From a candidate division WOR-3 bacterium (lineage in GTDB: Bacteria; Hydrothermota; Hydrothermia; LBFQ01), in NCBI GenBank assembly GCA_039802605.1, contig JBDRWW010000010.1, positions 1-45,571 of the forward strand: 45,571 nucleotides of DNA, in the 5' to 3' direction. The translations under genes and the position numbers were made by a program. The notes beneath the pieces were generated by a model. That model was not told where the DNA came from. It was given only the letters and a program-made list of their open reading frames with translations, and made no database searches. Numbering within the stretch: the stretch's first letter is position 1; every line of letters starts with the position of its first letter. Positions 17,842 through 28,587 of the stretch are shown piece after piece.

Positions 17842-20799
17842 TCAAAAGGTAGTAGTAGAATTTAAAATTTTATCAAGAACTTTATCAATGCTTTCAAACC
17901 AATAATTTTCATAAGGAGTTCCTCTAACTTTATCTTTATCATTAGTATATAAAAAGCAATAGACATAACAATTTAAATTTTTGTATTTAAAAGCTTTTGG
18001 TTTGTTATTCTCTTCAAATAACTTTTTATACCAATAAATTTTATTTTCATAATCGGTGAATTTTGTGGATTTTGGATCAACAAAAACAATAAAATAATTA
18101 TTGGCTTTTTTAAGCCAAAATATAAAATCTGGTTTAAATTTTCTTATAGAACCTTTTTCAATATCGTAATAAGGAATATAAACTTCATCTAAGCTTTCAT
18201 CAATTTTGCTAAACATCCACCAATCAAATTCTTTAAATTTATTATTTTCTGAATTTAAGTAATTTTCAAGTTTTTCAATAAATTCAACTTCACTTCTTGT
18301 TTTAATGATATGTTTAATATAATCAATTTTTTCATCTTTGCTTAAAATTAAAGGGAAATAATAATGCTCTGCGATGTATTTAATTTTTATTTTCTTATTT
18401 TCATATTCAAATTCTTCTTCTCTTTTAAGACTTTGTGATTTCTTTACAAATTCTTCATATGGAATTTTACTATAAGAAGCTTGTAACTCTTTTTTCTTTT
18501 CAGGATAACTCGAAACATCCTTTATCTTCATTTTTAATCTACTTATATCTTCTAAATATACTGAAACCTCCTCAAAATGTCTTATTTCATTTTCTAATTC
18601 CTTAAACTGCTCAAAATCTTTAAATCTGGCTCCCCAAAAATTGAAAATATCATTTAAAATTATTATGACATCACCTCTTTCTAAGTCTGATTTTTTATAA
18701 TGATTTCCGTTATCCAATTTCATTTGTTTAGTCAAAGATTCTCTAAAATATTTAATTAATTTTGGCTCAGTATTAAAAAGCATTAACAAAACTCTGTCAT
18801 CTTTAATAAATTCATTAAATTCTTTTAATTTTTCAAAATCATTTTCAGAAATTCCATATCTAATCTCTTCTTCGAAAATTCTTTTTTCTCCATCTTTATA
18901 TTTCGGTATTAACAAAATATTTTCCTTGATTGCTTCAACATTTTTGAAGAGAGAGATTTTAACACCCCTAAATGTTTCTTTTTTGAATGTATTAACCTCG
19001 TCAATTATAGTTTCAATAGCATTTTTATTAGTTCCAAAAATAAATAAACTTTCTATTGACGAAACATAATCTTTAATTTCATCAAAAGCCTTACCTATTT
19101 TTTCTTTAATATACAATAATCTTTTTCTTTCATTTTTTATTGGTTCAATTCTTACACCTCTTCCAATTGATTGTAAAACGAATTTTTTAGCATCTTTTTG
19201 AGTGCCTATATTTATAAACATAATAATGTTCGGTCTATTTGAATCCCATCCTTCATAAAAAACTCTTGAACCTAATAATATATTTATCGATGAATTTTCA
19301 CTATTTATTTCTTCAAAAAACTTCTCGTTTTGAAATTCATAGTTAATCTCAAACTGCTTTAAAGATTTTTCAAGCCAATCTGGCATATTTCCCGTTTTCA
19401 TTAAAGCAAAATGTGAATCAGATGTTTTTAATTTAAAAGCAACCTCTCCTTTTTCTCGGGGACTATAAGAAATTTCTATTTTTCCTTCGTTGGTAGTATT
19501 AAAAACCTCTTTTAAAATATCGTCATAACTTATTTGTGAGAGCAAGCTAAGATCTATTCTTAATTCATCATTCTTTGGAATATCAAAATTTCTTTTTTCC
19601 TCAAACCCTTTTCTTATTTCCTCTTTTACCTCTTCAATTAAACTTTTATCAAAACTTCCTTCTGCTATGTTTTTAATTTCTTCAAAGAATAACTTTAAAT
19701 CAGCATCCTCTTGATTTACAGAATTCACTAAAACAAGAAGCAATGGATTATGATAAGCATTGGGAATTTTTTCTCTAATTTTATTTAGCTGCTTTTTAAT
19801 ATAAGTTAAAAGAATTAACCCTTTTAAAATAATTTTTTGCTTTTCTTTTTGTCTAAACTCATCCTTAAAAGCTCTCGCCTCATAATCTGAAATATAAATT
19901 TTCTTTCCATAACCATTTTCAATAAATGTTGAAAGATTATATTCAAAACAAGTAGTAATTAAATCAATAGGAGCACTAAAAGTTGCTGAAAAATTAAATA
20001 GAAATCCATTTTTAGAAAGTATTGAAAATATATTTTGTCTTTTTGATTCTTCGGTATCACCTTTATGAGCTTCATCCAAAATCACAAACCATTTTCCATT
20101 ATTATAATAATTTCTAAAATCTACAATCTTTTCTTTTTCTTCATCAGAAAACAAATCAGCCCTATAATAAAAAACAAAATTTTGATTAAATAGTCCCCTT
20201 TTTAATTTATCGTATTCTTTAAGGTTATAAACTAAAATTTTTTCTCTTCTTATTTCATTAAATTCTTCAATATGCTTTTTAAATTGATTTATTAGGTCTT
20301 CTCTGTGAGTTAAAAATAAAATATCAAAACTAGGAATTTCTTTTCTTTTCATAAGTTCCCTTAAAAATTCAATAATTTTAACAATTACTAATGTTTTTCC
20401 GCTTCCTGTCGCCATCCAAAATCCAGCTCTATTCACCAGATGCTTAAAACTTATTTCATTATTTTCTAATGGATAATACTCAAAAATGAATTTATGTTTC
20501 TTTTCTTCCTTATATTTAAGAGAAACATATTTTGAATTTAAACCATAATCTGAATATTCTTTAAACAGTTTTTCCTTTCTTTTATCATTTATTTCTAAAT
20601 TTTCTCCTCCTTGATAATCAAAGTCCTTTTCATAATAAAACCACAAAACTTTTAAAAAATTCTCTAATGCCTCAATTTGAAAATCATAAAGCTTCTTATC
20701 TTTTGAAAAGCTCTCAAAATCAAAATTCTGCCAATTATAGGGTAAATTTTTAAGCTCTATATTTTCAATAATTTCTCTTAAAATTAACTTAGGTTTCAT
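17842..20799 (-). CDS. res: Type III restriction subunit Res (SF2 helicase plus PD-(D/E)xK nuclease)
   Basis: MATGSGKT, LDEAH, FSAT, EGWD, QSIGRGVR, FKPDF...VDPK. Confidence 0.93.
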   Translation of the reverse strand: MKPKLILREIIENIELKNLPYNWQNFDFESFSKDKKLYDFQIEALENFLKVLWFYYEKDFDYQGGENLEINDKRKEKLFKEYSDYGLNSKYVSLKYKEEKKHKFIFEYYPLENNEISFKHLVNRAGFWMATGSGKTLVIVKIIEFLRELMKRKEIPSFDILFLTHREDLINQFKKHIEEFNEIRREKILVYNLKEYDKLKRGLFNQNFVFYYRADLFSDEEKEKIVDFRNYYNNGKWFVILDEAHKGDTEESKRQNIFSILSKNGFLFNFSATFSAPIDLITTCFEYNLSTFIENGYGKKIYISDYEARAFKDEFRQKEKQKIILKGLILLTYIKKQLNKIREKIPNAYHNPLLLVLVNSVNQEDADLKLFFEEIKNIAEGSFDKSLIEEVKEEIRKGFEEKRNFDIPKNDELRIDLSLLSQISYDDILKEVFNTTNEGKIEISYSPREKGEVAFKLKTSDSHFALMKTGNMPDWLEKSLKQFEINYEFQNEKFFEEINSENSSINILLGSRVFYEGWDSNRPNIIMFINIGTQKDAKKFVLQSIGRGVRIEPIKNERKRLLYIKEKIGKAFDEIKDYVSSIESLFIFGTNKNAIETIIDEVNTFKKETFRGVKISLFKNVEAIKENILLIPKYKDGEKRIFEEEIRYGISENDFEKLKEFNEFIKDDRVLLMLFNTEPKLIKYFRESLTKQMKLDNGNHYKKSDLERGDVIIILNDIFNFWGARFKDFEQFKELENEIRHFEEVSVYLEDISRLKMKIKDVSSYPEKKKELQASYSKIPYEEFVKKSQSLKREEEFEYENKKIKIKYIAEHYYFPLILSKDEKIDYIKHIIKTRSEVEFIEKLENYLNSENNKFKEFDWWMFSKIDESLDEVYIPYYDIEKGSIRKFKPDFIFWLKKANNYFIVFVDPKSTKFTDYENKIYWYKKLFEENNKPKAFKYKNLNCYVYCFLYTNDKDKVRGTPYENYWFESIDKVLDKILNSTTTF

Positions 20800-23356
20800 T
20801 TTTTTCCCACCACCATATTAAAGGTTTTATAAGTTTATAGTCTAAATCATTTAAATTTATCTTTTGTCCATCTTCAAATTCAACCTCGTTTCTTGTAATT
20901 CTCTTTATAAATTTTCCAAGTAAATTTGATAATGTTTCGGCAATATCAATTGTTTTCCTTTCTTGTGAATATATTTTATTTAAATCAACTTTAACTTTAT
21001 TGTTTTCATAATCAATTTCTAATGCTGATAGCATTTTTTCATCAGGCATAAAAATGTAATTGAAATCTTTATCAAATAATGTTTTTGGTTCATTTATATC
21101 TTGATATTTAGCTTTTCTTAAGATTTCTTCATATTGTTCAAGTTCGTAGTATTTAAAAAAGCCTCCCGCATTATTTTCATTATATTTTTCCTTAACATCT
21201 TTTTCTTTTGAAATTCCTGATTTATCATAAGCCAAAACTTTCTTCATTCTCGGTAAAACTACTGTATAAAAATGTTCGCCCATTTCTACTCCAATCCATT
21301 TTCTTTTAAGTTTATGTGCTACTGCTGTTGTTGTGCCACTTCCTAAAAAGAAATCCATAACTAAATCGCCTTCGTTGGAAGTGGATTCTATAACACGCTT
21401 TAGGAGGATTTCGGAGTTTTCGGTTGGAAAATTCCAATTTCTACCATAACCTTCTAAATCTGCCCAGTTATTGTGAGAAACTCTTTTAAATGGAGGGACC
21501 CAGTATTTTAGTGTATTTCCTTCCTTCCTTATAAAGTTAAGCTTTCTATCTGTCTTTTCCCAATATTCCTCTAAGCTTATACCAGTTTTTTCATATTCCT
21601 CTAAGTATTTTTGGTAATTTCTAACTGCTTCTTCCGCTACTTCTTTACGCCACATCCAGCTACAGCCCTTCTCTGGGATAATTCCGAGCAGTTCATACCT
21701 ATTATATTCCCTGTCAAAAAATGTTTTGAAATCTTTCCAGTATGCCTCTCTTTGTTCTTCTATAATTCCTTCTGAAAATTTATTGAAAAATTTATCGCTT
21801 TTTGAATACATATAGATATTATCATACACAACCATTAAACTCTTGAAGCCTACACCTGCCTTTTCAGGTGATGTTCCTATATACGGTGCTGTTTTAGTTC
21901 TTCCTACTACTATCTCATTCCTAAAATTCTCCTCTCCAAAAATCTCATTCATCAAAAGCCGAACAAACATATTGCCATTATAATCGCATCTTACAAAAAT
22001 GCTTCCTGTATCTTTGAGAATATCTTTTGCCAATCTTAATCTATTTTCAAGTAATGTAATCCAAGTGGCATCTTTGTATTTAACATTATAAAGATAATCA
22101 GCATTTTGTTCTTTATTAAATGGAGGATCGATATAAATTGTCTGAACTTTCTCTTTAAATTTTGGAAGTATTGTATTTAAAGCCTGATAATTTTCACTTT
22201 TTATTAGCCAACCATCTAATTGATTATCTAAATCATCAAAAAGTTCTAAAATTTCAATTTCTAAATCTTTGAAGTATTTTGTATCAATTGGCAAAAATTG
22301 ATATTTTGAATTTAAATTTTCTCCTGTTAAATCTTTTTCAATTATTTCATCTTTATCAAAGTTTTCATCAATAATTTCAAGTTCTTTCCATTCTTTAACT
22401 TGCTCGTCAAAATTTTTATGATTTATTATTTTCTTTATAATTTCAATTCCCTTTTCTTTGTTCTGTTTTATTATTCTATCAAAAGTTATTACATAATTTG
22501 AATTTAAAACAAATCTTGGTTTGTTCCAGATCTTAACTAATTCATCTTCAAATTTGGAAACAAAATCAATTATAAGTTCAGCGGTTTCTTTAAGTTTATT
22601 TATCTGATCAATTCTTTCAATTGTCCAGTTTTGAGTTTCTTTAAAAAGGTAGTTATAAATATAAAGTTTTAATTGCTCCGTTAAGAAAGCTTTTGCATTT
22701 TTATGAATAAAATAATCTACTTCTGATTGTCGCTCAAATCTTCTAAATGCTTTTTCTAAAATTTCTTCACTAAGTTTAATATCTTTCTTTTTTAATGCTT
22801 TTAATATCTCTTCAATTTTCGTTGTTCTTCCTCTTTCTGAATAATAAACATAAAAGTAAATTTTATCTTTTGTTGTTTTTTCAATATCAAGTTCATAAAT
22901 TATTTCTCTTTTTTCGTTTGCTTTTTTGTATTCAAGCTTTGAAACATCAAAATAAAATTTATAATTTTCTATTTCAATTTCTAAACTTTTGAAAACTCTA
23001 TCTGTTTTTATGTAATAAAGGTCTCTTGTTTTCCAAAATAAAATTACATCTTCTCTATCAGTGTAAATTCTTTCATAAATTTGATGATAAGAAGGAGTAT
23101 TAACAAAATAAATTGAGCCTGATTCAGAAAAATAACGAGAAAAGAAAGTATAAAGTTTTTCAAAAAGCTCTGTCTCAAAATTAGGATATTTATTTAAAAC
23201 TTCATTTACTTTTTCTTCAAGTTTTGGTTTAAAAACTTTATCATAATAATTTTTCTTGAATTTCAATAAATTTATATATCCCCCTTGCCCTTCTATCTTA
23301 GTATCTCCAATAAACATTTCCCCTAATAAATTATAAAATTTTTCCTTATAGTTCAT
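20789..23356 (-). CDS. mod: Type III DNA methyltransferase Mod (beta class)
   Basis: IYIDPPF precedes DFFLGSGTT; overlaps res; very AT-rich. Confidence 0.93.
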   Translation of the reverse strand: MNYKEKFYNLLGEMFIGDTKIEGQGGYINLLKFKKNYYDKVFKPKLEEKVNEVLNKYPNFETELFEKLYTFFSRYFSESGSIYFVNTPSYHQIYERIYTDREDVILFWKTRDLYYIKTDRVFKSLEIEIENYKFYFDVSKLEYKKANEKREIIYELDIEKTTKDKIYFYVYYSERGRTTKIEEILKALKKKDIKLSEEILEKAFRRFERQSEVDYFIHKNAKAFLTEQLKLYIYNYLFKETQNWTIERIDQINKLKETAELIIDFVSKFEDELVKIWNKPRFVLNSNYVITFDRIIKQNKEKGIEIIKKIINHKNFDEQVKEWKELEIIDENFDKDEIIEKDLTGENLNSKYQFLPIDTKYFKDLEIEILELFDDLDNQLDGWLIKSENYQALNTILPKFKEKVQTIYIDPPFNKEQNADYLYNVKYKDATWITLLENRLRLAKDILKDTGSIFVRCDYNGNMFVRLLMNEIFGEENFRNEIVVGRTKTAPYIGTSPEKAGVGFKSLMVVYDNIYMYSKSDKFFNKFSEGIIEEQREAYWKDFKTFFDREYNRYELLGIIPEKGCSWMWRKEVAEEAVRNYQKYLEEYEKTGISLEEYWEKTDRKLNFIRKEGNTLKYWVPPFKRVSHNNWADLEGYGRNWNFPTENSEILLKRVIESTSNEGDLVMDFFLGSGTTTAVAHKLKRKWIGVEMGEHFYTVVLPRMKKVLAYDKSGISKEKDVKEKYNENNAGGFFKYYELEQYEEILRKAKYQDINEPKTLFDKDFNYIFMPDEKMLSALEIDYENNKVKVDLNKIYSQERKTIDIAETLSNLLGKFIKRITRNEVEFEDGQKINLNDLDYKLIKPLIWWWEKNET

Positions 23357-24099
23357 ACTGGTATTTTAAGGTGGTAGGGTTTTTAAAATCGGTATCTTTT
23401 TCACCGGCCACAAAATCCCAAAACTCTTCCGCTATGAGGATCTCACCATTTTCTATGTCGTATAAACCCTTTAATGTCCATCTATTGTATGGCTCGGGAT
23501 GATAAGGATTATAAGGTATTGCAACTATACCAAGCGGTGTTCTTTCAATATCACCCGTTAACCTTATAGCTTGCCAAGTAAGGATTTTTCTTTTTAGGGC
23601 TTTAAACTCCTTTAAGTTTGGTTTAGATGTCGTTATGTCTATAAAAAGCTCTTTACCATCTATTTCAAGGTATAAATCAGCACAATCTTTTGGAACTTCT
23701 ATCTTTTCACCGCTTGCCCGCTTCTTCAACATGCTAATCTCATAATCTTTATCGGCTTCTATTTCTTTCTTTTCCAATTTAGTTAAGTAATCATCAATAA
23801 AATCCCTCATTTTCTTATAAATAAACCTTTTGCCTTCACCTTGTTCCTTACACCCCCTTAATTCACCGTTAACAACATCCACTTGCCTCCTGACCTTATA
23901 ACCTTTATCCCTTGCCAATATCTCAGCCACCTGTTCCCAAATAGACATTCCAAAAGCAGTGTTGATAGATTGTATAAATGAAAACAAGACATATTTATCT
24001 TTCCCTATAAGCCTAAAATGAAAGGGCATATTTTCGGTTTCTGGGGTATAAAACATCTATCAAGAGCGATTTTATCCTATCTTTTGTCTTTCTATTCAT
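23346..24099 (-). pseudogene. TdeIII/MjaII-like type II restriction endonuclease, frameshifted near its 5' end and probably truncated at its 3' end
   Basis: MPFH.RL.GKD..FSFIQSINT.FG, KPN, PYNPY.PEPY.RW, EEFWDF; the ATG at 24099 overlapping the MTase end (MNRKTKDRIKSLLIDVL) is out of frame with the body. Confidence 0.75.
23360..23435. repeat. 76-bp direct repeat, copy B
   Basis: 75/76 identical to 17556-17631. Confidence 0.97.
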
Positions 24100-25291
24100 A
24101 CACGAAAAAGAATATACTTTCGTAAAACATTTTGCCCGTTCTTTCCGTTCTCATTAAAACCGGTCTGTCAAATTTTTCAACGAGTTTTAGGTTTGCCCTC
24201 TCGCCTATAATGGGATAAAGGTTATACCTATCATTAGCAACAATAAAAACCTTACCACCTTTTTTAACATATCTCAAGACATTCCTTAAAGCCATAACCA
24301 TATCTTCAATATACTCCTCCCTCGCCTTTTTGCCCTGTCCCTTAAATGCGGGCCCTATTTCTTTATTGTCAAGCCTTTCAAAACCGAATAACTCGTAAGC
24401 ATACCTGTGTTGTTCGTGGTAATCTATTATACCAATATATGGTGGGGATGTGAGTATACCGTCAAATTGGATTCCCGAGGGTAATTCAACTTCCCTTGTA
24501 TCGCCTTGGATAACCTCTATAAATGCGTCTGTCCTCAACTTATCAAACTCCTTTAACCTCCGTAGGGTATCGTAGGTGTATCTCCTTATGAATTTATAAG
24601 CCTCTTTTACGGGTTCGCATATTCTTTTATGTTTTTTGCAATAATACGGCTCAAAAACGGCCTTCTTGGGTCTTGCCAATTCATAGTGCGGTATAGACCT
24701 TGCGGATCTCGCACTCCTTGAAAGTATAACCATCATAACCTCCGAATACCTATAATCCTTTAAAATTTCCCTGTAAAAGAGGATTTCTTTCAAAGCCTGT
24801 GGGTGATACCAATCTTTAAGGTAATTACCAACACTAACCTTATCAATCCTTGAACCATCAAAAATATCGGGTTTTCCGCTAATAAATCTCTCCAATCTCC
24901 TCAGCGCATCCTTGAGTTCCCTTTCCAAAACTTTAAAATCGTACTTTTGGGTTTTAACCCTTTGGATTAATACATTGAAAGGGGACAACTCAATGCCAAC
25001 GGAATTTATATTTAAAACATTGGCTTCCACAAGGGTCGTCCCGGAACCGGAAAACGGGTCTAGTATAGTATCGCCGGGTTTAAAAAATCTTTTTAAAAAA
25101 ACCTCCACGAGTTGGGGGATAAATTTCCCCAAATATGGATGTAATCTATGGACATGCTTTGTTCTTTGGTGTTCGGGAACATCCAAAAATGTCAGGTCGT
25201 TTCCCAATAACTTTAAGTTTTTCTCCAAATCAACCTTTTCCAATTCCTTCTTGGGTATCTTGTACTTTTCCAAAATTTTAGTAAACGACAT
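24092..25291 (-). CDS. Type II DNA methyltransferase, probably N4-cytosine, alpha order
   Basis: HPYLGKFIPQ, ILDPFSGSGTT, LTSPPY. Confidence 0.9.
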   Translation of the reverse strand: MSFTKILEKYKIPKKELEKVDLEKNLKLLGNDLTFLDVPEHQRTKHVHRLHPYLGKFIPQLVEVFLKRFFKPGDTILDPFSGSGTTLVEANVLNINSVGIELSPFNVLIQRVKTQKYDFKVLERELKDALRRLERFISGKPDIFDGSRIDKVSVGNYLKDWYHPQALKEILFYREILKDYRYSEVMMVILSRSARSARSIPHYELARPKKAVFEPYYCKKHKRICEPVKEAYKFIRRYTYDTLRRLKEFDKLRTDAFIEVIQGDTREVELPSGIQFDGILTSPPYIGIIDYHEQHRYAYELFGFERLDNKEIGPAFKGQGKKAREEYIEDMVMALRNVLRYVKKGGKVFIVANDRYNLYPIIGERANLKLVEKFDRPVLMRTERTGKMFYESIFFFVYE

Positions 25292-25297
25292 AACTTT

Positions 25298-25933
25298 TTA
25301 TTTTAAAGTTGAGATGGAATATACCAAAACCCCTATGATGTTTGACAAAAGGTTCGTAGTATTGTTGCCAAAATATCCTTTGCTTTCTAAGGTTGCACCT
25401 ATTATGCTATCCGAGAAAAACCCAACGGTTGCCGCTATAAAAACATTAAAGGGATTTATACCACCAATCCAAGCGTAAATACTTAAAAGGATTATTACGG
25501 ATAATCCCGAAATCGTCCCGATAAAACTTATACCGCCCGATGTTCCCTTTGGAACCTCCTTAAAGTTCGTTATGAGATATGTCCTCTTAGCAAACTTTAT
25601 ACCCATTTCCGTTGCGGTTGTATCCGAAAAGGCCACAGAGATGGCCGTTATGTATCCCCCTTCAAATTCCAAAAACGCGCATATTACGGCAATTAATCCG
25701 TTTGCCAATACCTGTTTGTAATCCCTCCTTTCCCTTTTGCCGCTAAGGATTGAAAGTATAGAACCCATAGTTAGGAATAACAAAGGGGGGAAGGCCCAAA
25801 ACCAACCGAGTTTGAACAGTATAGCAGAAGCCATTAAAGAGGTTATAACCGAACCTCCAAATGTTAGCCATTTAAGATAATAAGAGATTACACCTACAAA
25901 AACGGATGCAAAAAGGTTTAAAACTATTCCCAC
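25298..25933 (-). CDS. DUF92 family membrane protein
   Basis: RDYKQVLANG, SDTTATEMG, GTSGGIS, DSIIGA. Confidence 0.88.
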   Translation of the reverse strand: MGIVLNLFASVFVGVISYYLKWLTFGGSVITSLMASAILFKLGWFWAFPPLLFLTMGSILSILSGKRERRDYKQVLANGLIAVICAFLEFEGGYITAISVAFSDTTATEMGIKFAKRTYLITNFKEVPKGTSGGISFIGTISGLSVIILLSIYAWIGGINPFNVFIAATVGFFSDSIIGATLESKGYFGNNTTNLLSNIIGVLVYSISTLK

Positions 25934-27429
25934 TCTATGGTCGCAGGGGGTTTTGATGTAATGTCATAAACAACCCTGTTTATGCCCTTGACCTCTCCGG
26001 TTATCCTTTCGCTCATCCTTTCAAGTAATTCGTAAGGAACTTTTACCCAGTGTGCGGTCATCCCGTCCAAACTCTCAACGATCCTTATTGCTATAACTTC
26101 TCCCTCCGTCCTGTAATCCCCTTGAACCCCGACGGTTTTAACGGGTATTAGAACCGCAAAGGCCTGCCAAACCTTGTTGTACAAACCCCATTTTTTCATC
26201 TCTTCTTCTACAATCCTATCCGCCAACCTTACCCTTTCAAGCCTCTCCTCCGTAATTTCCCCTATTATTCTAACCGCAAGACCTGGACCCGGAAAGGGAT
26301 GCCTTTCAATGATCTCGTCGTCCAAACCCATATATCTGCCGAGTTTTCTAACCTCATCCTTAAAAAGAAACCTGAAAGGTTCAAGGAGTTCAAAACCCAA
26401 ATTTTCCGGTAATCCTCCCACATTGTGATGGGTTTTTATCTTTGCGGAAGGTCCAACAACCGAAACGGATTCTATAACATCGGGATACAGCGTCCCTTGG
26501 GCTAAAAACCTCGGCCTTGGATTTAAAGATTTTGCAAATTCCTCAAAAACTTCAATGAAAAGATTACCAATGATTTTTCTCTTTTCCTCTGGGTCCGTTA
26601 TACCCTTCAAGGCGTTTAAAAATCTGTCCTTTGCATCTATGATATTAACATCCGGAAATAGCCTTTTTACCCTTTCCCTTTCTCCATATCTCAAAAGGCC
26701 CGTATCGACGAATACGAAAACCGCTTGCCCGGATATAGCCCTTTCAAGTAATTTACCCAGAATTGTTGAATCTACACCTCCCGATAATGCCAACAAAACG
26801 CGGTCCTTCCCCACCCTTTCCTTTATATCCTTTACTATTTGTTCGTAAATGTTTTCAACCGTCCAATTCCGGCTTAGTCCCGAATATTCCGCAAAGTTTT
26901 TTAGGATTTCATAACCGTATTCCGTATGGGCAACTTCCGGATGGAACTGAACGCCGAAAACCCTTAAACCCTCATTAAAAACGGCTGCATATGGGGAACC
27001 CTCGGTTTTTGCGAGAACCTTAAAACCCTTGGGCAACTTTTCAACCCTATCCCCGTGGCTCATCCAAACCCTAAATTCTTTGGGAAGACCTTTAAGTAAA
27101 TGGTTTTCATCCAAAACCTCCAACCGTGAAGGACCGTATTCTTTCCTCTGAGAAGGCGCTACCTCACCTCCAAGGAGATGGGTTATAACCTGTAAGCCAT
27201 AACATATACCCAGTATAGGTTTTCCCAATTGGAAAACATCCTTAGGGGGTAAGGGAGCATTCTCATCGTAAACGCTGTAAGGACTTCCGGAAAATACAAA
27301 CGCACCGGCATCCTTAGGCGGGTAAGCGTTAAAAGGTAATATTTCCGCGTAAAACCCCAATTCCCTAAACCTCCTGGCTATTAACTGCGTGTATTGGGAA
27401 CCGAAATCGTAAATATATATTTTCTTCAC
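25924..27429 (-). CDS. guaA: GMP synthase (glutamine-hydrolysing)
   Basis: DFGSQYTQLI, GICYG, QFHPE, SGGVDS, KPPATIEWE. Confidence 0.98.
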   Translation of the reverse strand: MKKIYIYDFGSQYTQLIARRFRELGFYAEILPFNAYPPKDAGAFVFSGSPYSVYDENAPLPPKDVFQLGKPILGICYGLQVITHLLGGEVAPSQRKEYGPSRLEVLDENHLLKGLPKEFRVWMSHGDRVEKLPKGFKVLAKTEGSPYAAVFNEGLRVFGVQFHPEVAHTEYGYEILKNFAEYSGLSRNWTVENIYEQIVKDIKERVGKDRVLLALSGGVDSTILGKLLERAISGQAVFVFVDTGLLRYGERERVKRLFPDVNIIDAKDRFLNALKGITDPEEKRKIIGNLFIEVFEEFAKSLNPRPRFLAQGTLYPDVIESVSVVGPSAKIKTHHNVGGLPENLGFELLEPFRFLFKDEVRKLGRYMGLDDEIIERHPFPGPGLAVRIIGEITEERLERVRLADRIVEEEMKKWGLYNKVWQAFAVLIPVKTVGVQGDYRTEGEVIAIRIVESLDGMTAHWVKVPYELLERMSERITGEVKGINRVVYDITSKPPATIEWE

Positions 27430-27468
27430 AGGGCGATATAATAAGGTGGAAGGAAGCTTATAAATGGG

Positions 27469-28587
27469 TTAAAAGGTATTCCTTAAATTCTTACCGAACT
27501 TCGGCCAAAGGCTTTTCCCCAAATCCGCATTTACAACAAAGGATACAAAATACCCGTTATCAAAACCCATGTACATATAACCCCTATAAATCGTAGGAGG
27601 AGACTTTGATGTTGAATACGTTTTTCTTCTTAGCCTTATACTCCCATCGGAATTGATAACATAAAGGGTATCACCCCCCACAAATGATATAAAACCGCTA
27701 TCGGATAGAACCGGAGACATGTTTATACTTCCCGTCCAAAATTCCCAAATAAGATTGCCGTTAAAACCCAACTTAACAACCCTACCGCTGCTTGATGTTA
27801 TTATCAAACCATCTTTATCCATAATAGGCGGATACGACATCGAACCTCCCACCGAAAAATTCCATAGTATTGAACCACCCGGAGAAACCTTTAAAATCCT
27901 TCCATCCGCAAGTGAAACATAAATATTACCAAGGCTATCGTATATTGCGGGGGAGACGGAATAAGAGCCCACATTTACCCATAATATCAAATTACCAAGG
28001 GTATCAAAACCGTAAAGGTAATTATCCGAGGAAACAACATATATGTTTCCACTTGGGGATATTGAGGGGGTTGCGAGAACCGGACCGGCGGTTAGGTAAA
28101 ACCAAAGCAGATTTCCAAGGGTATCAAGGGCATAAACACGTCCGCTATGGGTTCCGAATATTAAAAGGTTATTCTTTATCGCAACCGAGGATGTTATGTT
28201 TGACAATACAGAAAACCTCCACAGGCTATCCCCATCTTTATTAAAACAATAAACCCTACCGTCATAAGTTGTTATAAAAATTTTCCCACTTTCTGAAACG
28301 CTTGGTGAGGAGTATATTGGAGAACCGAGATTTATCTCCCAAAGGATGTTTCCTAAGGTATCCAATGAGGCCAACCTTCCGTAAAGTAAAGAAACTATTA
28401 TTCTACCGTTATAAACGGCGGGGGATGATACGAATTCACCTCCCAAGTTGTAAGTCCAAAAGGCATCACCAAATTCCAAGCCGCCTTTTAGGGTATCCGG
28501 AGGGGGATTTTTGGGTATAACCGGTTCCCCCCTTTCCCTACAAGAGAACAAAAAGATCAAAGGGAGAAATACAAAAACCCTTTTCAT
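27469..28587 (-). CDS. PQQ-like beta-propeller lipoprotein
   Basis: Lipobox FLFSC; repeated SSP-x-V / G-x-V-Y-A-L-D / G-N-L-L-W units. Confidence 0.8.
   Translation of the reverse strand: MKRVFVFLPLIFLFSCRERGEPVIPKNPPPDTLKGGLEFGDAFWTYNLGGEFVSSPAVYNGRIIVSLLYGRLASLDTLGNILWEINLGSPIYSSPSVSESGKIFITTYDGRVYCFNKDGDSLWRFSVLSNITSSVAIKNNLLIFGTHSGRVYALDTLGNLLWFYLTAGPVLATPSISPSGNIYVVSSDNYLYGFDTLGNLILWVNVGSYSVSPAIYDSLGNIYVSLADGRILKVSPGGSILWNFSVGGSMSYPPIMDKDGLIITSSSGRVVKLGFNGNLIWEFWTGSINMSPVLSDSGFISFVGGDTLYVINSDGSIRLRRKTYSTSKSPPTIYRGYMYMGFDNGYFVSFVVNADLGKSLWPKFGKNLRNTF

Noticed and set aside
20789..23356. Phase-variable simple sequence repeat in mod
   Set aside because: No long tandem repeat or exceptional homopolymer; short A/T runs match the AT-rich background
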